This document shows, one piece after another, positions 46,725 to 56,684 of a stretch of DNA of 64,000 nucleotides (within the stretch, counting starts at the first letter, position 1; each line of letters begins with the position of its first letter). The position numbers and the translations under genes are program-made. This DNA is from Camelus dromedarius (taxonomy: Eukaryota). A model generated the notes under the pieces. It did no database searches, had not been told where the DNA came from, and saw only the letters and a program-made list of their open reading frames with translations. Location of the stretch: positions 32,178,001 to 32,242,000 of the forward strand of contig NC_087440.1 in the NCBI RefSeq assembly GCF_036321535.1. The letters run 5' to 3'.

Positions 46725-47458
46725 GTAAGATTAACCAAAAATAGGTGTCAGCTTGGGTCTCAGTGTGGAAAACCTAGCTGGATTGAAGGTGGTGGGTGGG
46801 GGCTTCTTTGCTACACTGAGGAGTAGACAGAAGGCTAGGAAGCTGGAAGTTTGGCCTGAGTAAAAGACTGATCAGTATCCCAAGCTCTATAGGCAAAGGC
46901 CAGGGGGACCTGCTACCGGGTTGTTTAGGGAAGAAGGCCCTGCCTGATTCCCCTGACTGTTTTCTTGCCTTCTGGCCCTGCCCACTTCCGCCACAGCTCT
47001 GCCCCTGCCCTCAGCTCCCTGCCCTATGTACCCCTGAAACTAGCAGAGGAAGGAAGGGTTGTGGGGGATCAAAGGATAGGTTGTGGGGGCAATGGATGAA
47101 GAGGGTTGATAAGGCATCTGAGAAGCAGCTACTGCCTTTGCAAATGCTTGGGGATCTTGCTGCTCTCTCACCAGAAGCAGGACACCAGAGGAGTTCTCTT
47201 TCAAACCATAGATTCCTGAAAAGTCTTAAGATTAAGACTGATGCTTAAGATTTCCTTCCAGATGTCACAGCCTAGAAAGTTACGAAAGATTTTTTTTTTG
47301 GTAATTCCTAGTGATAAAAATGAAACAATTCAGCCTCAGATTTTTGAGATGGATGGGATCTCTGGGGGCCCTTGCCAGAATCCAACCCCAATGACCAGGG
47401 TCTCCCTATTTCCAAAGTATCAGTCCTGTGGACGCTTCCTGCTGTTCTTATTCCCAGG

Positions 47459-50400
47459 ATGGCATCAGGCCGGGCACGCTGCACCCGAAAGCTCCGGAAC
47501 TGGGTAGTGGAACAAGTGGAAAGCGGGCAGTTCCCAGGAGTGTGCTGGGATGATGAGGCCAAGACCATGTTCCGGATTCCCTGGAAGCACGCAGGCAAGC
47601 AGGACTTCCGGGAGGATCAGGATGCTGCCTTCTTCAAGGTGAAAGGCCTGGAAACCAGCCCCTCGGAGTGAGGGATGGAGTATACACCACACCGGTGCTC
47701 TCACCCTCAAGGGCTTGCGTCCTCCTGGGTTTCAGATAAAGGGGGGGTTGGAGGGTAGAACTAGCTACATAGTTGTCAGAGCCCAGTGCAAAATGTAAAT
47801 GCAAAGCTTAGTAAGGATGTCAAGCCAGCAACAGCCGAGCATAAACCTAGCACAGGCTTCTATGCAAGTGCTCGGGCTGCCCATCCATGATGCCACCCCG
47901 TAGAGGGTCTGCAGGGGTCTGTACATGCTCCTACTTTCTTTACTGTTTCCTAGGCCTGGGCGATATTTAAGGGAAAGTACAAGGAGGGGGACACGGAAGG
48001 CCCTGCTACCTGGAAGACTCGTCTGCGCTGTGCCCTCAACAAGAGCCCTGAGTTTGAGGAGGTTCCTGAGAATGGCCATAGGGATGGGGCTGAGCCCTAC
48101 AAGGTGTATCGGCTGGTACCACCAGGAACCCTTGCCGGTGGGTGTCCCCTTTGCCCCCCTACTCCTAGGATCAGCAAATGGGGGAGGAAGGATGGATATG
48201 TGGGCTTCCCAGGAGGATGGTGGGCCTCCCTCCAGGCCCCTCGGTCAGAGTTCTGCCCTGTCCTTGGGAAGCTCAGGTTCCCCTCCCCAGTTTCACCCCT
48301 CCTTTCACTGTCTCCTATCTCTTCACTTCCCTCTGTGCCCACTTAAGGCTCTGGCCCTTTCTTTCCCTGTCAATATTCCACAGCTCAGCCAGTGACCCAG
48401 AAATCACCATCAAAGCGACACCACAGTTCCATGTCCTCTGAGAGGGAGGAGGATGAGGTTACTAGGAAGAACTGTACACTCAGCCCCTCCTTGCTCCAGG
48501 ACCCCCTCAAAAACGTGAGAGCTGGGGAGGAAACTGGGGGAGTATGACGGCAGGACAGTAACTGGGGGAAAGGTGAGCCAACAATAGAAATTGTCTGCAG
48601 GAGTTGGTGGAGACCAATGGGGGAGCAAGCCATTCAGACCTCGGGAGCAGCAGCGGGAGCGGCAGCAGCAGCAGCAGCCCTGAGCCTCAGGAAGGTACCA
48701 ACTGCCCTGCCTCTTGTGTCATCCCCCGTGCCACACCCTCTGACCCTGGGACTCCCCAGTCCACTCTGAATGACCAGTGCCTCTGTTCCACTTCCAGGCA
48801 GGGACATAGCTGAGGCCCCTTTCCAAGGAGATCAGGTGTCCCTGGAGCTTCTGCCCCCTCCAGATTCAGGTACTTGGTGTTTGTGACTCATCCCTGCTCC
48901 TCATCCCCCCATGTCATTTCCTGTGGCTATGTGAGCGTTATCTAATCAGTCAGAGCTTGCAGCAAACTGGGCCCACCTTACCCAGAGGCACTGGTTTCCA
49001 GGCAGTGCATCCGGCCAGACTCCAAACAGCTTGCTTCTTAGAAATAGCCCCTATGTACTCTGTTCCCTGGGAATCCACTTTGAGACATTGATTCTGTGGG
49101 TTAAGTAGAGTCCCGATCTCTGGGACCTTCTTGTAAACTGTTAAGACCCAGTGCATTAAGCCCCGAGGCCTCAGTGGGAATCTGTAGATTAGCTCCTCTC
49201 CTGAGTGATGAGAAGGTCTGACAGGAAGCTCCCCTGCTGAGGAGGGTTGTGGGGTGAGGATAGAGGGGGCAGGAGCCTTCTCTAATCTCAGAAAGTGTAG
49301 CTGCTACCCCAGCCCACCATGTCCTCCCCAGCCCTCCCTCATATGGTTTCCTTCTCCGGACCTCACATTTCTCACCAGCAAAATGAGGACATTGGATTTG
49401 CAAGGAGCTCCTTTTCAATTCCCCAGGGTTTCACACTGACCAGTGGACCCCTGGGGAGGGATACGGGTGCAGCTGGCCTTTCTCTGTCCTCAGACTACTC
49501 GCTGCTGCTCACCTTCATCTACAGTGGGCGCGTGGTGGGTGAGGCCCAGGTGCAGAGCCTGGACTGCCGCCTCGTGGCTGAGCCCTCAGGCTCCCAGTGT
49601 GGCATGGAGCAGGTGATATTTCCCAAACCCGGCCCACAAGAGCCCACCCAGCGCCTGCTGAGCCAGCTTAAGAGAGGGGTCCTGGTGGCCAGCAACTCCC
49701 GGGGCCTCTTCGTGCAGCGCCTTTGCCCCATCCCCATCTCCTGGAATGCACCCCAGGCTCCACCTGGTCCAGGCCCGCACCTGCTGCCCAGCAACGAGTG
49801 TGTGGAGCTCTTCAGAACCACCTACTTCTGCAGAGGTGAGGCTGCTCCAGCCCAGCACGGGAGCCCCCACCCCCATGTCTGTTCCCCACCCTGGACTGTG
49901 GGCCCAGCCACCACCCTGCACTCCCTCCTCCCTGTGTTGGAGCAGATCCTCCATCACAGTCCAGGCATGGCATCCCTGCACTTGTGAGGTGCACATCCCT
50001 GTGCTCAGCCCTGGCAGCCCTCTTCCTCAGCCAAGGCCGCGGAAGATGAGGCCCAGGTGGAACCCAGCACGAGTGTCCCACCTCGGGAGCACCACCACGT
50101 GGAAGCAAACAGTATAATCATGGGAAGGTGCGCCTCATGGTCCCCCCTCCAGATACTCACACACAACCATTCACAGGTTTCAGAGAGCTAGCACACAGCA
50201 CAGACCCCGGCCCACCGCTCAGGTGCCCCCCAGGTTGCCCCCCTCCCATCCGGGCCTGGAATTCCACTTCCTGCCTCCATTCTGCTCTCAACCGGACCTT
50301 GGAAATGGAGGCCAGGAGACCCAGAGCACGTGTGTCCCCAGGGCCAAAGGGTGCCTAGTGTAGGGAGGGTGTAAGCAGGCGACAAAGGTGTGGCACAGCT

Positions 50401-51097
50401 GTGTTAGCAGCCAGGGCTGCTCAAGCACTGACTAAGCTCTCCCAGCAGAGAGCAGTTCAGGTTGTTTGATGGTCAGCTGCCTCTTAAAGGGGCCCCTTCT
50501 TTTCCTGTTTATCCACCGGCGAGCAGCAGCTTAGCTCCTAGCACATCTCCTCGCACAAGGCAGCAGCCTCGCCAGCCTGCAGCTTCTGCCCTGGCCTGGC
50601 TCTCCGAGTGGCCCCATTCCCTCCTGTCTTTCTCCACTCTGGGTTCTTCCCTCCGCCCTCCCTGCCTGGGGCCCTCTCTCTTTTCTTGTCCTTCTAACTC
50701 TTGACCTTTTCTCTCTCAGACCTGGCCAGATACTTCCAGGGCCTGGGTCCCCCACCTAAGTTCCAGGTGACACTGAATTTTTGGGAGGAGAGCCCCGGCC
50801 CCAACCACACCCCACAGAGTCTCATCACAGTGCAGGTGAGTCGGGGCAGGGCAAGACTAGCCTGCCCACACGGGGTGCCCAGGAGGAGAAGGGGCCTCCT
50901 GGGGAAGGGCCCCCAGGAAGGAGCTCCTGGTCATAGTGCTCACAAGCCCCTCTCCCCACCTCTTCACACAGATGGAGCAGGCCTTTGCCCGACATTTACT
51001 AGAGACTCCTGAGGAGCAGGCAGCCACCCTGTCCCTGCTGCAGAGCCTGGAGGACCCCCTCTCCTCCTCCCCTCTCTGTTCCTCCTACCTCCTCTGA
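47459..51097 (+). CDS. IRF9: Interferon regulatory factor 9 (p48/ISGF3 gamma), 414 aa, 8 coding exons plus a non-coding exon 1 ending at 46724
   Basis: Coding exons 47459-47638, 47954-48137, 48384-48514, 48601-48694, 48798-48869, 49494-49835, 50720-50835, 50972-51097; 1245 nt. Trp-repeat IRF DNA-binding domain (LRNWVVEQV...FRIPWKHAGKQ) and IAD. AATAAA at 51374-51379. Confidence 0.97.
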
Positions 51098-52589
51098 GAG
51101 AGCCCCAACCTCCACGCAGTCGACCGGCTGCCTCCCATCGTGATCATTCTCATTGGTTGTCTGTGTTGATTTTGTCGTTGAACTCCTTATGGAGCCTGGT
51201 TGTTGGGAACTCATGGATGACTTGTATTTGTGTGTGCGTGTATGTATTTTTTTTTTTAATTTTGAGATATACCCTTTTTTGTTTCTGAGGAACTGAGGGG
51301 GCCTTTCCCTCTACCCCAAACTCCAAAACCTAGCACTTTATATTTCCTTCTTAGTTCTTTACTAAGGATTTAAAATAAAATTTTATTGAAAAAGGAGTCA
51401 GAATCAGATTTGTTGGGAGTAGAAGGCAGCAGGGTCACAGGGAGATGATGGAGACGGTTTATATCCTGAGAGCAGAGTACTCAGACTCTCTGCTGCCAAT
51501 GACTCTGGGCCCCTTTCCTCTCCTCCCACCACAGGCCCTGGCCGGGAAGCTGTCTGGGATCTTTGGGTTCTGGGCCTGGCTCTCTATACCCTCTAGGCAG
51601 CCAGGATTAGGGAGAAGGTTGGGGTCAGCCACCAAGAGGGGCACTGAGCCTACAGCCACTGTAGCCACCTTCACATGGAAAAATCTGGCTCCACCGTCCT
51701 TGGCTGGAGGCTTCTGATTTCACCTAGCGTTGGACTCTGGCCTGGAGGTGTCAATGAACAGGAGAACTTAAGGTCAACCTGAAACTGTGAGCTACAGGCC
51801 CTGGAGCCTGGAGGGAAATCAGAGGGAGGAGCAGCCCTGTCTCCTGTGCCCATGGCAGACTGGGTCCTGGTGTTCTTTCTCCCAGCATGTGGAGCAGTGT
51901 CACCCCAGTTGAATGCTACTCCCAAATTGGTTTCCTCAGTCTACATGAGCCCCACAACAGACAGCCTGGCCTAGACGGCCACGTCATCAGTACGCTGTCT
52001 GTTGAGATCCCAGGGGTCCAAAGCAACCGACCCTTCTCTCCCTTACCCTGTGTTTATCCTGCTACCAAGCTGGAAGTCCTTCACAAGGCCGCTTGTCATC
52101 CCGCCTCCCTACACTCCACTCCACCAGACCAATCCACCACCTACCTGACTGCCACAGCCTCCGGCTTCCCCTGTTCTGTACATGACAGCAAACTGGAGAA
52201 GGGGCCTGTCTGACCAGCTCCATTCTGTCATGTCACTTTTATAAGCTTTGAGTGGTTCACCTACATGATCAAATCTAGATGCCCAAATTCTTGAGGAACT
52301 TCTTACTGTCTCACCTGGCAAAGTGCAGCGCTGCTTTCGAGACTTCCTGCCTCCTTGGACCTTCGTTGTCTTCAGTCTTGTCCATCATCCTCCTGAAGAG
52401 CCAAGAGCCCAACAGGCATCTGCACTAGCAGTGAAGAAATCGGGTACTGAGTCTTGCGCCCTTGATTTGCTGAGATCCCTCCGGGACCTTCTTCGGACCT
52501 CCTTTACTTCAATTTTCTCTCATACCACCACATCAAACCATCTGCAAATCCTATCAAAGGGTAGATTTCTGCAAAATCTACCCATAATC

Positions 52590-53235
52590 TGACCACTTAT
52601 TTCTGCTCCCCTCACCAACACTGGTTTAACCACCACCATCTCTCATCTCTTCTTTCTGCTTCCTTCCACATCTTCTTTTCTGCAAAAGGAATCTTTTTAA
52701 CAAATAAATCTCATCATGTCACCCTTCTGCTGAAAACTCTCCATTAGCTTTCAATTTCCTCAGGGTAAAATCTCCAGTCCTTACAATGGCCTCCAGGCCT
52801 CCATTGTAGCCCCTGTTCTCATTTCTAACCTCACCCCTTGCCATTCTCAGTTGCTTTGCTCCAGGCTCCCTGAACCCACTGAACACATTTCTGCCTCAGG
52901 ACCTTTGCACCTGATGATTTTTTTTTTCCTAAAACACATCCTTCAGGTAAGCACATGACTTGCCCCCTGTCTTCAGAGAGGGCTTCCCCTGAGCACCCGA
53001 CCTAAATAGCAGCCCTCCCCACTTTCTCTGTTCTCCTATGTGGCCTCATCTTTCTTCATAGCACTAATCACCACTTCCCACATTTCTAGTTGTCTACTTG
53101 TTTTATCATCGCTCCTTCCCTAATCCATGAGAACAGAGACTTGTTTTGTTCATTGCTATATCTGCATTGCCTGAAGGAGTGCCTGGCACATAGTAGGCAT
53201 GTAATAAATACTTGTTGGATGAATGAATGGATGAA
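52590..53235 (+). mobile_element. L2 3' end
   Basis: CTCAGGACCTTTGCAC...GTGCCTGGCACATAGTAGG...AATAAATACTTGTTGGATGAATGAATG is the L2 terminus. Confidence 0.75.
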
Positions 53236-53738
53236 CAAATTGCTGTATCCCTTATCTCTTAAACTAGGTTCTAAGCACCCTGAAGGTAGGTGCCCCTACT
53301 TTATCATGTTTGTGCCCCAATGTGAACGCTTACGAACATTGACAATATACATACAGTGATTGAAACAACTTGTAAGTATCATGTGGAAGTCAGTTTAGCC
53401 AAGCTCTGTGGAATAGGGACAGGGAACACTGGAATTCAAGAGAGCAGAGTTCCCAACCAGGCTGTGACTAGGACAGCCTAGTGTGTGGTCTGGGAGAAAC
53501 AGTCTATACAGGCCCCTGTTTTCTCATCTGTAAAGGCAAAGCTTGGACTAGGTTTGGAAATCCCTTTCAGATTTGATATTCTGTGATTGTAAATTTAGGG
53601 CAATCGCACTTCATTTGACAAATACTTGCGGAGCTAAGTTTCAGGCACTAATGGAAAAAATAAGACCCAAGTGTCCAGAGTTCTTAGATTGAAAAAACAA
53701 AATAAAATAGGGTCAGCTCAGCTGTAAAAAGTGCTGAG

Positions 53739-55330
53739 TTTTTTTTTTAAATGAACTACTGTTGATTTACAATATTGTGGAGACTTGGCCCTAAACCTAA
53801 CACTACCTTAAACCTATCCCGAGGCCTAACCCTAACCCTAAAACTGAACCTAACCTAAACCCTTACCCCTAAACATAACCCTATCCCTTAACTCTAACCC
53901 TAACCCCTAACCCTAACTGACCTTAAACCTAATCCTAACCCCTAACCCTAAAACTAACCCTATCACCTAATCCTGACCCTAACCAAAAAAAACAAAAAAA
54001 AAATTTTACAGTAGTGTCTTAATTTCCAGTATATATATATACATATATATGTATATGGAGTCTTTTTCAGATTCTTTTCCATTATAGGTTATTGCAAGAT
54101 ATTGAATATATTTCCTTGTGCTATACAGTAAATCCTTGGTTATCTATTTTACATGTAGTGGTGTGTATCTGTTAATCCTATACTCCCAGTTTATCCCTCC
54201 CTCACTCTCTTTCCCCTGGGAACCATTAGTTTGTTTTCTATGTCTTTGAGTCAGTTCTTATTTTATAAGTTCATTTGTATTATTTTTTTAGATTCCACAT
54301 ATAAGTGATATACAATGTTTGTCTTTGTCTGACTTACTTCACTTAGTATGATAATCTCTGGGTCCGTCCATGTTGCTGTAAATGGATGGGATTTCATTTT
54401 TTGTGGCTGNNNNNNNNNNNNNNNNNNNNNNNNNNNNNNNNNNNNNNNNNNNNNNNNNNNNNNNNNNNNNNNNNNNNNNNNNNNNNNNNNNNNNNNNNNN
54501 NNNNNNNNNNNNNNNNNNNNNNNNNNNNNNNNNNNNNNNNNNNNNATGATCATTGAGGTGCATGTATCTTTTTGAATTAGTCTTTGTCTTTTCTGCATAT
54601 ATACCCAGGAGGGGGATTGCTGGATCATATGGTAAATCTATTTTTAGTTTTTTAAGAAACCTCCATACTATTTTCCATAGTGGCTGTACCAATTTACATT
54701 CGCACCAACAGTATAGGAGGGTTTCCTTTTCTCCACAGTCTCTCTAGCATTTATTATTTGTAGACTAATATTAAATTTTACTTTTTAAAAAAATTTTATT
54801 ATTTTTTAAATTGCAGTATTTGTAGATTTTTTTGATGGNNNNNNNNNNNNNNNNNNNNNNNNNNNNNNNNNNNNNNNNNNNNNNNNNNNNNNNNNNNNNN
54901 NNNNNNNNNNNNNNNNNNNNNNNNNNNNNNNNNNNNNNNNNNNNNNNNNNNNNNNNNNNNNNNNNNNNNNTTCTGCCCATTTTTTGATTGAGTTTTTTGT
55001 TTTTTTGATATTGAGTTGTAAGAGCTGCCTGTATATTTTGGAAATTAAGCCCTTGTTGGTTGCATTATTGCAAAACCTCCCAGTCTGTAGGTTGCCTTTT
55101 CATTTTGGGGGTTTCCTTTGCTGTGCAAAAGCTTGTAAGTTTGATTAAGTCCTACCTGTTTATTTTTGCTTTTATTTCTTTTGCCTTAGGAGACTGATCT
55201 AAGGAAGTATTGCTAAGATTTATGTCAGATAATGTTTTGCCTATGTTTTCTTCTAGGAGTTTTATGGTGTCCTGTCTTACATTTAAGTTTTTAAGTCATT
55301 TTGAGTTTATTTTTGTGTATGATGTGAAGA
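53739..55330 (-). mobile_element. LINE-1 3' end (ORF2 C-terminus plus 3' UTR), antisense, interrupted by a telomere-like insert and two N gaps
   Basis: Minus-strand peptides [31 protein letters not shown] and FTATWTDPEIIILSEVSQ are L1 ORF2 C-terminal motifs. Typical 3' UTR TTTTCAGATTCTTTTCCATTATAGG; poly(T) at 53739-53748. Confidence 0.9.
53789..53984 (+). repeat. Degenerate interstitial telomeric-like (CCCTAA)n tract
   Basis: About 200 bp of CCCTAA, CCTAAA, CCTTAA, CCCTAT and CCCTGA hexamer variants, followed by A8CA10. Confidence 0.9.
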
Positions 55331-55699
55331 GCTGAGTCTTAAAGAGGCAAAGCATGCCCTGGAGTCGAGGCTGGGAAGGACATTCTAGGACAGAGAAATG
55401 GCTGTGCAAAGGCAGGAGGCATGGGGAAATTCAGGATATTTGTGACTGCAACCATACAACTTATGCTACACAAAGAAATGTTTGAGACAAACGGCTTTTG
55501 TATGCTGAGAAGTATGCTCTGTGCCCAACAAAGCAAAAGTCTGTTTCAGCCAGGATAACATTCACAACTGGAAAACAGCCAGGTGAGAAATGCCCACAAC
55601 CTAAATTGTTCAGGTTTAGGAAATGACTCGGCAAGTCCTCTCACTGCTTCCTATGAGATCTGACTTACTCCGCATCAGTCTGTGACGGCTCCAAGGCCG

Positions 55700-56680
55700 C
55701 CTCCCACGGCTTCTATCTCCACAGCTCACCCTAGGCCCTAGGCTGGGCACAAAAGCGGATCAATCGCTACTCGGTGGGATTCGAGGTGGGGGTGGGGGTG
55801 GAGAACAAGGTCTAAACTCAGGTCAGGCGCCCAGAAGAGGGCCTGGCGGTTGTCCCCAGGATGACCCGACCTCCCGGGCTAGTTGAAGCGCCTTTGTTAC
55901 CAGGCTCACTGCAGGGGAAGCCTGGGGTTTGCTCCCCGCTCATTGGTCTGCAGAGAAGCGCCTCCGAGGACCCGCTGTTACCGAGGCGAGGACGAGAGCC
56001 TATTGGTCAGGACACCTCACAATGGCCCCCCGGCCACGCAGGGTTCTTCCCATTGGTTCGCTGCCTGCCTCGGGAGACCCTTATTGCCTAGAACACAGGC
56101 CTGCTACTTGGCGCGCCCTGGAACGAGCGCCCCCCGGCTGAGCCCTGTTCTTCATTGGCTGCTCTGGGGGCCGCTATCTAATGAGGAGCGAGGCGCAGAG
56201 CCCCCCGGGCACTCTCTCCCTGCAGTAGGATCTAGCCCTGCTGGAGGGGGACCCGCCCGCGACGGCAGGAGCCAAAGCTGTGCAAAGGCCAGGAGCCCAG
56301 CATCTCTGAGGAGGACACCTGTTCTCCGTGGGGACCTGAACTGGATCGCAGCGCAGGCCTCCCAGCGTGAAGCTCTGCATCTCCGACTTGAAACTCAACC
56401 CGGCAACCTCCAGTAAGTTCAAAACACCCAGGCATTGCGTGAACCAGCTCAGGGCTGACGGAGAAGGTGTCCCAACTCCTGTGTATCCAGGCTACATCTC
56501 CATTTACTTATTCCCTTAATCATTTATCCACCCATTGTTTATCGGTTCATTTGTTTGGCATTCTATGGGTCCACCCGCTCCGCTGCATCCTTCTCTCTGT
56601 CAGTATTAGGAAATCCCGTGCCCTGAAGGCTTCGTCGGACTGAGATCCAAGAGCGGTGGAGACAAGTGAAAGCCCGGAGG
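55700..56680 (+). promoter_or_regulatory. REC8 CpG-island promoter and 5' UTR
   Basis: CpG-rich tract. ATTGG boxes at 55942, 56002, 56052 and 56154; donor GTAAGT at 56413; acceptor ending 56603. Confidence 0.75.
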
Positions 56681-56684
56681 GACC

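Noticed and set aside
53907-53920. Match to the telomerase RNA template region (CTAACCCTAACTGA)
   Set aside because: Only three bases extend beyond the plain hexamer repeat, and the flanks do not continue as TERC. This is expected by chance in a degenerate tract.
53789-53984. True chromosome end or fusion scar
   Set aside because: The tract is short, degenerate and single-orientation with no head-to-head inversion, and IRF9-REC8 synteny is intact on both sides.
54263-54692. Functional L1 ORF2
   Set aside because: Only a fragmentary C-terminal remnant, broken by frameshifts and N gaps.
55700-56400. Retinoic-acid or STRA8 response element in the REC8 promoter
   Set aside because: Only isolated half-sites or mismatched motifs were seen (AGGTCA near 55821, CACCTCAC near 56013); no proper direct repeat.
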